From Harriotta raleighana (Eukaryota), in the NCBI GenBank assembly GCA_050575255.1, contig JBNZDD010013706.1, forward strand, positions 2,906,620-2,970,619: a DNA stretch of 64,000 nt, in the 5' to 3' direction. Positions 12,247 through 25,400 of this stretch are shown here, piece by piece. The notes below the pieces were generated by a model that was given only the letters and a program-made list of their open reading frames with translations, ran no database searches and was not told the DNA's origin. How positions within the stretch are numbered: position 1 is the stretch's first letter; each line of letters starts with the position of its first letter. The position numbers were made by a program, and so were the translations under genes.

Positions 12247-12345
12247 CTTAAGGATCAGAGGACGCTGGGCCTTGAGATCCAATTTTTTGGTTGGTTTCAA
12301 CTTGCATCTGTGTCTCGATTATGCGAACTTCCTCCAAAGTCAAGT
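12247..12345 (-). CDS. PITPNC1: PITPNC1 alternative C-terminal exon (short, sp2-like isoform)
   Basis: cttttcacag|AC TTG..., same phase as the last exon. Translates (D)LTLEEVRIIETQMQVETNQKIGSQGPASSDP*, which aligns with DMTMDEVREYEKQTQEATNEKIG. TAA at 12250-12248 is followed by G|gtttct, a weak donor. Confidence 0.8.
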
Positions 12346-12807
12346 CTGTGAAAAGTTCAAACAGGCTGCTGATGGATGCAACGATTTCATCCGGACTTTC
12401 AACACGGGGAGCATCGAGAGAGAAAAGAACATGGAAATGAGGAGCGCCTGCATCTCCCAGAGCCAGCACAATCCAGCTCAGCCAAGCAAGAAAGATTGGT
12501 TGTTAGCATTTTTTATTGGCAGAAAAAGTGGAGAGAAATGAGTGCTTCTAAAGAAGGGCAGGCAGTGAAGAATGTTCTCTTGGGAGCTCCTAACACAGAG
12601 CAATTTGCAGCTCTAAGAACACATGTGCTTCGCTCCTTGTACCTCAATTATTGGCCAGCGAGTGGAATGCTTGCCCAATTCGTGACAGCACATCTCTTCA
12701 GATTTTAAAATGATATTTCAGATTGTGGTTTGTGTTTGAGCCTGAAAAAGTGGAATACTCCCTATCGTATCTCATAATTACTATCTCAGTATCAGTTAAA
12801 TGTGGCT

Positions 12808-13240
12808 ACAACAACAACAACAAATTACACTTGTATAGTGCCTTTCATGTCAGGAGGACGTCCCAGGGCGCTGGGCAGTCGTTGCTTCAGAACCGAGCTG
12901 GGGACAGGGAGGGTGGAGGGAAAGGGAGAGACTGGAGTCACTGATGGGACCATCGAAGAGGAGGGTGTTGAGACAGGACTTGAAGAAGGCCAGGGAGTGG
13001 ACAAGGTGAAGGGATTGCGGGGTGGAGTTCCAGAGGTTGGGAGCAGAGTGGCTGAAGGCTCATCTGGCAATGGTGAGTCGGGGGACATGGAACAGGCCGG
13101 AGCCTGCTGAGCGGAAGGAGCGGGCAGGTTGTTAGGGAGGATAGGAGAGATGGGGTCACGTAGCTTGGAGCGGTGGAGGACACCGGCCACAGAGTTCTGG
13201 ATTAATTGCAATCTGTGGAGGGAAGAATTGGGAAGGTTGA
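12808..13240 (-). mobile_element. L2-clade LINE 3' fragment
   Basis: (CAA)n aaattacacttgtatagtgcctttcatgtcaggaggacgtccc tail and the NLPNSSLHRLQLIQNS motif. Confidence 0.85.
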
Positions 13241-14499
13241 CAAGTGTTTGTGTAGTTATCACCCTCTGGGATTCCCAAGTCTTCGTTCCTACCAATCTGG
13301 TATACATAGGTGGAACTCTCAGTCTAGTGTAGATACTCCTGAACACAGTGATGCACGTGTCAGACCATCTTAGTCTTAACATCTTAGATAAGAGTAATTT
13401 TGAGAAACAGACTGAACACACCCAATGTGTGTATGCACACACATACACAAATAAATGCACACCAGAGACTGAATGGAAACTGTGGCATGGTTTCAATTGG
13501 GCAATGTTTGGTGGGAGCTTTTTCATTCATATGAAAAAAATCACTATTTACCCACACAGAGTATGTATCTTGCAGACCTTACCCACCATTGCTGGGATTC
13601 TGAACAAATAGTATGTTAACCTTTGTGTATTTTGGAAGGATTAGATTAGATGAGCTGAAAGGCTTTCTTCACCCAAACTAATCTTGTGAAGATTTAAACT
13701 CATTCCTTTCTACAACAATTAGCCCTCCATAACACCTTCCACATGGGAGAACATCTCAAAGATCTTGTGCCTTTCGTTGCTGATGGAAAGAAACGTTGTA
13801 CTCATCAGATCCCAAAAGGTATACGAATGTCAAATGATCAAACATTTTCATTAGTAGAGGTTAACAAAGGAAATCAGAGATGGCGACAAGTTTATCTGAA
13901 GAGCCATAGACTTTATGTCACATCCACAAAGGAGGCATTTCTAGGGCTTTCTCATTTCACCTGTTTGCCGGGTGTTTTTGACAGCGATTAGTAGCTGGAT
14001 CTGTGACACTTTGATGTAAGTTAGTGATTAGTAGCAGAGAGCTCTGAGAACTGAATGCATTTGACCGCAGCAGCAAGTAACTGGAGACAGTGCAAACTAA
14101 TGCTGAAATCCCATCAGCTCTATAGGCCCTTGAGAATTAATATAAATATTGCAGCGCACACAGCAAAACAACTAACAACCTTGAAGTGCTATTTCTATTA
14201 ATATCCACCTCAACAATCTCACACTAACCAGTTATCAGAGTTCAAAGTACCATTTTCCAACAAATTTGAGCCCAATTCAACATTAGCAGCTCTTATGACT
14301 GATAGCCTTAATTTCCTCAAGTTGAAATTAATTACTTGTACTTTGTAGACTGTCACATCTAGAATAATGGTTAACTTCAACATGTCACAACATGTAATGT
14401 TTATTCTGCCACTCACATTGTGAGACTGATAAAGGGAGGAAATTGAAGCTAGTGGTATACATTACATCGGCAATTTTCCTCAATGAAGAAGATCCCTTT

Positions 14500-14703
14500 C
14501 TCTTTTCAAATAGTACTCTAGGTTATTTAACATCCAAACGAGCGGGCAAGATTAGGACCCCAGTTTAATATCTCATCCAAAGGACAATGCCGCACTCCCC
14601 CAGAAGTGTATTGGAGGGCAAGCCTAGGTTATATGAGTTCAAAGTCCTGCCCATAACCTTCTGAATCAGAGTTGAGAGTGTGATCAGCTGAACTGGGCTG
14701 ATA
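14500..14703 (-). mobile_element. Decayed Deu-domain SINE, 5' part
   Basis: tttaacatcca...cagtttaatatctcatccaaagga...ttctgaatcagagttgagagtg...gctgaactgggctga matches the reverse complement of other copies. Confidence 0.55.
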
Positions 14704-15966
14704 TGTAAATGGACCAATGAAGAGCTGGCCATGAGTAGAAGACAACAACTTTCACTCTATCATCTTTTCTCTAAAAGAGACACTGTCTATTTACTTTGCA
14801 TGGTTCTGTGGATGCTGCTCTGGGGTTTTAGCACTAGAGTATAAGGAAGGTATTACTCATTGGTGCAAAGAGTTAGACTCCGGAAATGCTTATTTACCTG
14901 TATAAACAGAACCCAAGGCTATAAGCAAAACATTCAGTCACAGAAGGGAACTGAGCACACAAGTTTGCACTAGTACTGCTATTAATATTCCCTGAGCGGC
15001 AGTAAATACCCCATATAATGAACACACAGACCATTGAGTTACGGGCATGTTTAAGTAAACGCATGCATGCCTCGTTAAATGAATCCAGTAATAGCAGCCT
15101 CAGTGACCATCGATTTGCTGGTGTAAATATAGCTATTCTCCTTATTAGACAATACCAGCAGGCTTCCAGAACCAGATATTTGTCTACTTCCCATCTTATT
15201 TTTCCTACAGGAAACTGAGGGTTGAAAAACTAGGATATGGCCATCTGTCTGAAACAGGAGATGATTCGATTTATTCCATTAAAACTCAATAGCATTTCCT
15301 CTGGATCATGTCTCTTAAAACGTCTATACCTGGCTGATCTAAGTTACACACATGCAGCATTTTAGGATTACTATTATAATAATAATAACAATAATCCTTG
15401 GATTTGATGTAGTGCCTTATCTCATCGTTGAGATGTCTCAAAGCGCTTCACAGAATATATTGTAAAGTGGATTCACTGTATTTTGTGGGTATTATTTACT
15501 GTTTTATTGATCACACCTTATGATTTCAGTTTAGTTCAGTCTCTATCAAAATACTCAAAGGCTAATTGTGACACTCGAATGATGTCAAGATTTGAACTTA
15601 TGCGTCTCTAATAAATATGCAGCGTTCTGCATTTGAACTTATGAAATCGTGAACAGTACAGAACACTTGATCAAATTTCAATGACTGCTTTGATCCAATG
15701 CCCTCCCTGTGCAAAGCCAACATTGAGTTATGAGAATCTGTTGGGCAGGGGATCCATAGATCACTGAGAACAGAAAAGGTACCAAGTTTGTTGGAAAATG
15801 TAAATTGGAAAATGAAAATTGGAAAATGGGACACATTGAACTATTCTACCCAGCGCCCAAAGAATTCAACGAGTCCCATTGCACCAGAGAGAGCTATGGA
15901 TCAGACAGACTGTGAAAGGCATTTGTTTACTTTTCATATTTGAAGCTAGAATTGAGCTCCACTTAC

Positions 15967-16030
15967 CGCACCATTCATCCACCCAGGCAAATGCTTGCCG
16001 ATGCCCTATTAACAAAATATCCCTGATAAC
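15967..16030 (-). CDS. PITPNC1: PITPNC1 coding exon 8 (64 nt)
   Basis: tttcgtttcag|GTT...TGCG|gtaagt. Translates VIRDILLIGHRQAFAWVDEWC. Confidence 0.95.
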
Positions 16031-16189
16031 CTGAAACGAAAGTGAGAGAAAAGATGACATTTAGACACTGCATCAATGATATCTTTTAACCTTCAGTTAC
16101 AGGAAATGCTGACACTGGATAATGGTAACCATTGGATCAAAGCTTCATCCATCCAGAGACCAGCGAACGCAGAATTAATTTCTGAAAGG

Positions 16190-16672
16190 AAGCCAGAATT
16201 AACTAGGGATGAGGAACCAGTTATGTGGAGGGACTAGATAAACTGGGATTATTCTCTTTAGAGCATTATTGTTGTTAGAGAAGAGGCTATTGAGGTGTCA
16301 GAGAACGTTAAGGGGAGATTTAATAACGGTGTTCAAAATTATTTGGGTTTTGATTAAGTAAATAAGGAGAAACTGTTTCATCTGGGTGGGTGGGTTGGTA
16401 ACCAGAGGACATAGATTCAAGAAAATTGACAAAATAAAATAGAGTGGACATGAGGAGAATTTATTTTACGTAGTGAACTTTTATGATCTGGATTGCCTGA
16501 AATAGCAGTGGAAGCAGATTCAATAATAACTTTCAAAAGGGAATTTACTTGAAAAGAAAAATACTGCAAGACTATGGGGAAAGATTGGGATAGCTCTTGC
16601 AAACAGCAGGAGCAGGCATGATGGGCCGAATGGCCCCCTTCTGTGCTGTAGGATTCGATGATTCTATGAATT
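16190..16672 (+). mobile_element. CR1 LINE 3' fragment
   Basis: ctgggattattctctttagagc...ttaaggggagatttaata...accagaggacatagatt... and tail gggccgaatggcccccttctgtgctgtaggattcgatgattctatga. Confidence 0.8.
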
Positions 16673-18429
16673 GTGAAATGATAAGCAGAAATCAGCCTGT
16701 GTATGGTCATCACATCTAAAGATCAAATGTAAGCCCAAGCAGAGAACTTCTCTTGTACAAAACAAAGTTACATTCACTGAAATACAAGTACTGTATATTA
16801 ATATCAAATTCAACTGCTGAATAATTTTTAGGCCAACATTTCAGTCCCAGACCATTCCTTCCCACATATCAAGCATGAGCAAGTCTTTGATAAAAGCAAA
16901 CAATTTGCATATATATAGCACCCGTCACTCAAGATAGCATTGCAGAGTAATTGGAGACTAAAAAGTTTTTTACATCGTTGGATTGAGGTGACATCAACTT
17001 TACTTGCTGCTACATCTCAATCATGGAGTTGGACCCGATTTCAGTCTCCGATGATCTGTATCCAAACAACACACATAAAGGCTCTGTTGGGGTTCACAGA
17101 CATGATCTTGGGTAGTGCTTGCAGACAAGACACCCACATTCGAGGGTGGCTGAGTTTCAGTGAGAGAGAGCTCAGGACCTCAGGCCTCGACCTACTGGAA
17201 GTGGTTTGGAAGCTTCAATCAACCAGTGGAAAAGGAGCGTTCATTTGTGATGTGCAAAGAGAAAAGGCTTGCGGTGACCTGAATAGCAAACAGCCCTGCC
17301 TGCTTGATATTCTCAACATAACTATGGCCTCTCAGGGCAGAGAACAGCAGCGTAAAGCAAAACAGACACAGTTGCCATTGTCTCTCGTTAGGCCATTCTC
17401 AATGTGCAGGCATATGTTTTTGCTTTCACTTTGGCCCTGAAGCTCTCCCCAAATATTTCTAAGACTCCCATATGGCATTAACACAAGGTATTAGCGCAAA
17501 TTGAGCTGGCAGCTCCCTGTGATCCGAAGCAGATGTTAGCTCTCAGGCTACAGCTCCCCCTGGTATCCTCAAACATCTGTGTGGAACACCGTCACATGTT
17601 GGGGAAATGTCCAGCAAAAGGGAAGCAACTCTGGTTTGGAAGGGATATCATCAGGCTGCTCTAGCTCATCAGACAATGCTGTTCGTACCCTGGGCCTGTC
17701 TGCTGCTGCTCACTGTTAATCGGAAACTCATTACTGCACCTCATACAAGACAACTTGTATCTCGTGCCCAAACCTTCACAAAGACGCCGTTTTTTTAATG
17801 AGCTGTTGCTCTCAGGTACCATAGAATAAATGAACACATCAGAGCCTTAATGAGAATTCATTACTCCACCAAGACTTGATATCCTTTGCAGCAATATTTC
17901 TGTATAATTACAAGTGTAAAACTCAGCAGCGGGACCGGGAAAGGCAGAAAATCCTTCCACTCAGCTTCTGTTAACCCTGCAAACCAAAGTCTTAACGTGA
18001 TGGTTCCAGCTGGACAAGCAGCGGGAAAGCTTGTTAGACAGTTCTATCAAAGGCAAGTTACGTGATTTTAGTCGGTTAGACTCCAGCAGTACCTCAATGC
18101 ATACTCTGGAGTCCACAAACCTTGGCTTCTGCCAATAATAAGTTGGCAAATAATAGTTGCTATAATTTGGTAAGCAGAATGAATCTCTCCTGGGAGAGAG
18201 TGCGCAATCCAATCCAACAATTTATCTCTGGGATTTCCATGTGTTGGTGGCATGCATGGAAACCTCCATTTGAGTTAGAAACTCGTAAACTGTTGAGTGA
18301 TGGGTTTCCGCATGTGTCAGACACCCGGCTTTTCAAAAGAAAACTCAAGATTCCAGTTACACTGGATTCTCAACTCTTCTCCCTATTCATACACTTTGGA
18401 CACAATTTGTAACTAAATCCAGATTGCTG

Positions 18430-18875
18430 AACAACAATGACTCGTATTTATATAGCGACGGATTCAGGGGACAAGGAGGAGGCCGGACCCAGTGGAGCGA
18501 AGATAGCGGGTACTACTGTGAGGAGACAGGATGTTAAAGAAGTAGGGGGTTGCTGAGGATTGGAGGAATTTAAACACTGGAGAGAAGGTCTTGAAGTTGA
18601 TCTTCACTGTGACAGAGACCCAGTGGAATTTGAATGAGCTGGATTTTTTGAATGGTGGAGGAGGGGAGACCAGTGAAGAGGGCATTAGAGCAGTCCAGCC
18701 GAGACTGGTGTCAAAGGCATGGACCAGAGACTCGGCAGCTTTTTGAGTGAGGTATTGGTGGAGCCGGGCAATGTGGCGGAGATGGGAGAAAGCGATGCTG
18801 ATGAGGGACCGGATGTGTGAGAGGGAGGTGGGGGTGGGGAGGGAGGGAGGGAGGAAAGGAACTGGGTCACAAGGT
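18430..18875 (-). mobile_element. L2-clade LINE fragment, internally deleted
   Basis: aacaacaatgactcgtatttatatagcg tail and decayed ORF2 motifs (HLRHIARL, LVHAFDT). Confidence 0.7.
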
Positions 18876-20384
18876 TAGCATTAACATTGTATCTAATTGT
18901 TTCACCCAATTGGAAGCTGTAGTCCATCTTGAGTCTCACTTTCCATGGATGTGTTAACCAGATCATTGCAGAATGAGCAACAAATTAAGAGAGGAAAAGG
19001 GGAAATAATAAAATAACTCCTGGAATTAAATGGATTATATACCTGTTCAGGTCATTTGTGATCAGTTGGATACAGCTATTTACATGCATTGAAAGAACAG
19101 CTGGGAATAAGATAAGATCAGTTGGCTGTGGTGTTTGTTTCCAAACACACAGATACTACACTCAGCAGTAATTACCGTAACACACTTTGAGATGTTCAGA
19201 CGTTATGTTGCATCAAATGCAAGCTGCTTTCTGCTTTATCTGAACAATAAAAAAAATATAATTTCTACCTGTGAAGACTTCTTGCTAAAATTGGAATTTT
19301 TCGCTTCAATAACAAGTTTGCGTTGCTAGGAGATGGGTAAAATAGTTCAGCAGCAACATATTGCACACTCCTTAACTGCCCTGTGCAATATGCTGTCAGT
19401 CTGTAAGCGATGTATTTGGAGGCTTGTGATGGTAGCCCTCCCGTCTTTGAGTCATAAGGTTACCGTTGGTTAGTGAGCTCAGTGCAGTGCTCGGGCGCCA
19501 TCTTTCAGATTAGAAACACTAAACACTGCACACCCACCACCCCAATCCCCCACTGTCTCCAAATGGACTGCTTTCAAGAACCTCAACATCACATGTAAAT
19601 TCCTCCATACCTTATCTCTCTGATCTGTCACATACCATACACCTCTGGTCCCCCACCTCACTGTCCCCCCCCACTACCCACAGTCCCCCACCCCACCAGT
19701 TCAACTAATAAAGTTCCCTCCGAGGCAGCATTGGTGGCCTAGCATTTCATCGCTTTGCCTCTAACCTCTAGAACTCTCTTGGCCGTATCCCTTCTCCTTA
19801 TCCCGATCCTCCCCCACCTCTGGCCCTTATATAAAATTGTATTTATAGAGCACCCTTTGCTGGAGCTAACCCTTAGGATGGTTTTTGGATCAGCTCACAA
19901 TAGCTGGATTTCTGTTCTATTCCCAGCTGTTCTTTCAATGCAGGTAAACAGGTTGTATCCGACTGGTCACAAATGGTTGTGAAAGCAATGTCAACGTATT
20001 TATCACTGTTCACCTAATCCCTTTGAATAAAGCACCACTGCCTACCAGCTTATCATGATACACTGCGGGACCTCACCTCCAGCATTTTTAAAAAGATTAA
20101 CACACGCGTCTCAAAGTGTGGGAGAAGTTGAGGGGAAATGATTAAAGGCTGGAATCTACAAGATAGCTGTAAAACTATCTCATTTGGAGCATAATTGGCC
20201 AGTTTCAGAGTCTGGATTAGTCCTGACCAGGACCAGACTCGAGGACAGTGACTACCTGCAGTTGAACAGAGACCATCACTATCTTTCAACTTGTAACATT
20301 TAACCACAAGTTTCTTAATGGCTTGTCCTGAAGAAGTGACTTTGTGTAAAGCTTCTCGGGTCATCGGTTTGTGAACGCTTCTGT

Positions 20385-21190
20385 CATCCTGGCTCAGTTA
20401 GTAGCACTCTCTCCTCCAAGTCAGGAGATGATGGATTCAAGCCTTGTGTTGGGATTTGGAATTCAGCTAAACTAGGCTGATACCCTAGGGCAGTGCTGGG
20501 AGGCGTTGCAATATCAGAAATGCCATTCATGAGATTTTATACCATTGTCCTGTCTGCCTGTTCAGTTGGATGTTCAATATCATACGGACCGATTGGAACA
20601 GAGACATTTCTTCCAGGATCCTGGACATCAACGCAGGGATAAAAAAATTAGTCATTCACTTCATCATTATCTGCTAGACTGGATACATCCTGACCAGTGG
20701 AGGAAACAATTTACGATATCAAAATTGCCAGACACATATCTCCCTTGGACGTTGGTGCCACATAATACTGAGGACTTCCATTGAAGCTACAACTCAAGTC
20801 TCTGCAATTTGCAGAGCAAGAACATGTCTGTCCAATGACTTGAGCTGACAGTTCTGTCCCACTGCACCCCATCCGGGCTCCTGTAATTAATTAAGAATGC
20901 TCTTCTAAGGAACTTGTTTCCCGTCCATTACAAGCTGGGTTATAGGCCCAAGGATATGATTAGCTAGGGGAGCAAGCACTGCATTGACAGAGGTAACACC
21001 CTTTGGGATGAGATATTAAACCAAGGTCCTCTCTTTGGCTGTTATGAACCCATGGCACTATTTGAAAAGAGAAGGGAGTTTCTCCCTGGTGTCCTGGCCA
21101 ATAAACTCCCAGATAAAATCAAGTCATTCACTTCATGGCTGTTTGTGGGAAACTGCTGTGAGCAAATTAACTGTGTACTCGCCCACAAAT
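20385..21190 (+). mobile_element. Two decayed Deu-domain SINE copies (~20385-20680 and ~20975-21190)
   Basis: Head ggctcagttagtagcactctc...ggattcaagcc and Deu core cccatggcactatttgaaaagagaagggagtttctccctggtgtcctggccaa. Confidence 0.65.
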
Positions 21191-21742
21191 AATAATAATC
21201 CTTGCATTTGACATAGTGCTTTTCTCGTCTTCTAGACGTCAAGTGTAAACTGAATTGACTGTATTTTTTGTGGGCGAAACGCAGCAGCAAATTGCATACA
21301 GCAGTGTCCTACAATCAATTGTGGATTGAAATGACTAATTTATTACTGTTTTTTTTTTAGGGATTATTATCAAATACACAGTCAGTACACGTCACAGAAA
21401 CTGCTGAAGCATTAATAGATGTTGTAGGCTCTAAGTCAAGTGCAAAGATGATTCGGATTGTTTTATTGTTACAACATCAACAACAAGCATTTATATAGCG
21501 TTTTCCACGCCGGACAGCGTTTCAGAGCACTTCACAATGGAGGAACCTGAGACCCACGCTAAGGGGAGGGGCAAGGTGAACAGAAGCACGGTCGAAGAGA
21601 AAGCTCTACAAGCGCGACCTGAAGTTGGGAAAGGAGAGGGCGAAGTCGAAGGGGTTGAGGGAGGGAATTCCAAAGTTACTGTTGAACGTTAAGGTTATTA
21701 GTATATCATTGTGTTACTAGTAGTATTGTTCCTGGCACTCAC

Positions 21743-21898
21743 CTTCTGAACAAACTGCTCAACTCTTGTCTGAAGTCCCCAGACCTCAAACTTGACAGTG
21801 ACTTGTTTGTACGAACACATGACTGGGCTGAACTGGTCTCTCCAGTGCTCCTTCAGAGGTCCACGTCCTGTCTTCACAGATGCAAAGTACCTGAGGTC
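21743..21898 (-). CDS. PITPNC1: PITPNC1 coding exon 7 (156 nt)
   Basis: gctgacag|GAC...AAG|gtgagt. Translates DLRYFASVKTGRGPLKEHWRDQFSPVMCSYKQVTVKFEVWGLQTRVEQFVQK. Not shown in the ORF track. Confidence 0.95.
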
Positions 21899-22099
21899 CT
21901 GTCAGCACAAGACACTGAACTGAATATCAAGTGTCAACTTTAGCCTAATTAAAAGGTGCTTCATATTTGAGCAACGCTTAGATCATCAATCAACATATTC
22001 ACAAGATCCCAATTAACCATTCGAAAAAAACATAGGTTCATTGGAGTTTTTACAAGTGAACAAGCATCAGATGACAGAGCCCTGAAATCACCTCTCATT

Positions 22100-22432
22100 T
22101 CAGCCCGTGATATCGTTCTGTTATAAGATTCAAGCCCCTTGTCGGGAATTTGAGTTTACAGTCTAGGCTGACACCCCAGGGTAAAGGAGTGCAAGCTCAT
22201 TAAACTGAGATCCCATCTGACTCTCAGGAGTACTTTAATGATCCCATGACACTATTGAAAACATGAAGGGAGTTTTTCCTGGCGTCCAATAGCCTCTCTG
22301 GGGGGACAATTAGCTGCTGTGTTTGCTTACAAAAATACAGTCGCTTTGCATTACGGTTAATCGTGCAAAGCATTTTGTGGTATCTTTCCTGTCTTGAAGG
22401 CTCTGATATCAAATGCAGGAATTATTATTTAT
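22100..22432 (+). mobile_element. Decayed Deu-domain SINE
   Basis: ttcaagcccc...ctaggctgacacccc...atcccatgacactattgaa...gagtttttcctggcgtcc, with an attattatt tail. Confidence 0.6.
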
Positions 22433-22521
22433 TTAGAGTGTGGAAAGCCGTGTTAGTGTTGCCTGTGATGGCTGATGTGCGTGGCTCTGCTCTGCTATGA
22501 AGGCTGCCGAGGGCTACTCAC

Positions 22522-22617
22522 CTCTGTCATCTTGTAGTAACGGTCAGGAATTTCATCATAAGCAATGTCTAGAAAACACACCTCGTGGTCTGTATGGTTT
22601 TGAACTGGATCAAAAAT
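22522..22617 (-). CDS. PITPNC1: PITPNC1 coding exon 6 (96 nt)
   Basis: ttcctgaag|ATT...GAG|gtgagt. Translates IFDPVQNHTDHEVCFLDIAYDEIPDRYYKMTE. Confidence 0.93.
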
Positions 22618-23159
22618 CTTCAGGAACAGAAAAAGAACTTGGTAAATGATAGGGCATCCTTGCTTCAACTCAGTTACTACCATATTCAGTTTTGAGAGAT
22701 GTCTGAGAACGGACAAAAACAACAAATTTGTACAGTGCCTTTCATCCCGGGAAGACCTCCCGAGGCACTGGACAGTCTAGGACCTAGGATTACACCCAAG
22801 ATGGGGGTTGGGATCAGGAGGTGTGGAGGGCAACAAGAGTAGGAGTTGGAGGGTGACTGTAGACGTGGTCGAAGAGGAGAGCTTTGGAAATGCGACTTAT
22901 GGAGCCGTGTAAAATTTCAAATAAGATTTTAACTGTAGTACGTGAGATAGGCATGTGGCACTTCTTACATAAGAATTCTTTCATATATCACACTTCTTCC
23001 TGCTTGTTCAGATAATCTCGTTGCCCTGCTCTTTCCCCCTTGTGTCCATACAGGGTTCGGATTGATCTCTCACCCACAGAGATAATACACGTTAACAACA
23101 TTGGCTGTGGCCAAATGGATACATAGAGAAGAGGAAGGCATTTGTTTTGGCACAGGTTT

Positions 23160-23500
23160 GAAATCATAGAATCTGACTGCACAAAATGAGGCCATTCAGC
23201 CCATCAAGTCTATCTTGGCTCTTTGAAAAGAGCAACTCAATCCCACTCCCCAGCTCTCCCCATAACCGTGCAAACCCATCCTCCCCAAATAAACGTCTAC
23301 CTCTCTTTTAAAAGTTGTTATCAAATCAGCCTCCACCACCCTTTCAGGCAATGCATTCCAGATTCAAACAACTCGCTGAGTGAAAACATTTCTCCTCATC
23401 TCTCTTCTGCTTTTTTTTTAGAAACTATTTTAAATCTGTGACCTTGGGTAGAAACAATTTTTCCCTGTTTATCCTATCATATCCCCTCATGATCTTGATG
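23160..23500 (-). mobile_element. CR1 LINE 3' fragment (same family as 7560-8375)
   Basis: Close match to 7570-7990 (caccaccctttcaggcaatgcattccagattcaaacaactcgctg). Confidence 0.8.
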
Positions 23501-23932
23501 TAGTTATTTTCTCACTGCCTCATTGAACTGTAGGAACAAACTCAACATGTGGTCAATAGCATCTCAGAGACAAACTGTGTAGTTACCAGGAAGAACAGTC
23601 ATTGCCAAAAGGTTGTGTGTCTTGCGCTGTAGTGAATAAAGGGCACAGTGAAATATAGGGACTATCTCTCAGGCCTGGGGTAAAATCCATTGTTTGGCAT
23701 GGATTGGTTGGGCTGAATGACCTGTTTCTGTGCAATAATATTTTACGTCGCTCTATATAAAGCACACAGCAACTCTGATATCTTCTGAATGTATTAATTA
23801 ATTAATTAATCACAGGTATATCTCTAACAAGCCATTTTGCTATTCACAGAGTTGAGCAAAGTTGTTGTTATAAAACATATGTGTCCAGTGCAGTAGATTG
23901 GTGGTGCAATCTGGTCTAACAAATCCACTTAC

Positions 23933-24004
23933 ATGGTCACTGCTTCCATTGTTGTCTTCATACTTTGTCTCGATGTAGATGGAGAATTTGGGCAAAAAGG
24001 AGCA
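23933..24004 (-). CDS. PITPNC1: PITPNC1 coding exon 5 (72 nt)
   Basis: cccatcag|TGC...CAT|gtaagt. Translates CSFLPKFSIYIETKYEDNNGSSDH. Confidence 0.95.
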
Positions 24005-24849
24005 CTGATGGGAACAGGTGATGGAGAACAAGTCAGTGACGATCAAATTAAACGAATTGAAACCCAAGCCACTACATTGGAAACTCGTATGTGGGTGAGA
24101 ATTGATACACTATGGAGTTACGTTCAAGCCAGATTTTTACCCAGGACTATGCTTCACGGTGAGATCCAAAATCAGTACTGCTCAGTACGGAGCTCATCAA
24201 GTTTAACTCTGTTTTCAGCAGAAGACTGGGCTTGAACAGTGAGAGCATGAACATGCATGACCATCAGAAGACACGGATACCCATGTCAGCCGCCTGTTTT
24301 CCAAATTTAAATAAGAACACAACACGAATAGCAATCCCTACATTTGGTGCCACACCATTAATGTTGAGGCATTTCAAAGAGCTTCGCAGGGAATTGCTAT
24401 CAAATGTAGTGACTGTCCATTTGTAGGCTAATTTAACAATCACATAACAAGGTCTCATTCACACAGCCATGAAGTGAACAACCCATTTTCCGAAAGATTA
24501 ACGACCAGGGCACCAGGAGAAACTTCTCTTTTTTCAAACAGTTTTAAGTAACTATTAAAATTGAATCAAATTTGCCTATTTTACAGAGCACTGCTGCATG
24601 GTTAATGTGCATGGTACTTATCACCAATGGGGTGGGGGGTGGGGAGTGTGAATACAGTGCATTACATTTTTGTTATACATATAGAGCATTGTTTAATGGC
24701 TATTGAAGCCAAATCTATAACAGCATACGAATGTAACCTGGTGAAATATTCAATAGAAAAAGAATATTACAATACAATTTACCTTTATATAACTCATTTC
24801 ACATCGGGAGGGTATCTTAAAGTGGTTCACAGTGTTCTACATCGGTGCC

Positions 24850-25400
24850 TGTGCCTTCAGCCACTACACCCCCAAACTCTGGATTTCTCTCCCTCAATCT
24901 CTCTGCCTTGCTCTCTCCCTTAATCTCTCTGCCTTGCAGTCACAGTCTCCCTCCCCATTTTCAAATCCTCCCTAAAGACCTGCCTTTGATCTTGCTTATA
25001 GTCACCTACCCCTTCCCTCTCCCCCTGGCTTGGGGTTAGACTCTACCACTCTCAAGTGCTCAAGTGTGAAGTGTACTATATAAATGCATGTTGTTGTTGT
25101 TGGATGGGTACTTGGGCTGAGGTTAGGATTGGGGAAGGGGAAAGGTAACTGAAAGCTTGGTCAAAGAGGTACATTTTAGACACACTCTGATAGAGAGGGA
25201 GGGGAAGGGAGGGTGGGAGCCAGAGGACTCCAGGAGGGAGTAACAGAAAACAGGGCAGTAAGGCTGTGATCCTGCCCGCAGATAGTAGGGCGAAAAGGAA
25301 GAGGGGACATGTAGCAGGGCAGCATTTGCTAAGTGAAGGGAAGTGAAGGGAACAGCGGAGATGGTGTAGTTGGAGGAGATCACAGAGGTAGGTTATGGCA
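24850..25400. mobile_element. Two decayed L2 3' fragments in opposite orientation (+ ~24850-25102, - ~25110-25400)
   Basis: ctatataaatgcatgttgttgttg tail on +, then purine-rich L2 reverse-complement sequence. Confidence 0.6.

Noticed and set aside
11569-12351. 260-aa ORF, the longest in the track
   Set aside because: It starts in an antisense SINE and spans the N-flanked false duplication. It has no recognisable domain.
12825-13526. 233-aa P/S-rich ORF
   Set aside because: It is largely an off-frame reading of a decayed L2 3' end.
16940-17440. 166-aa plus-strand ORF in non-repeat intronic DNA
   Set aside because: It has a non-ATG start, no recognisable motif or exon structure, and is antisense within an intron. 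This length is compatible with chance.
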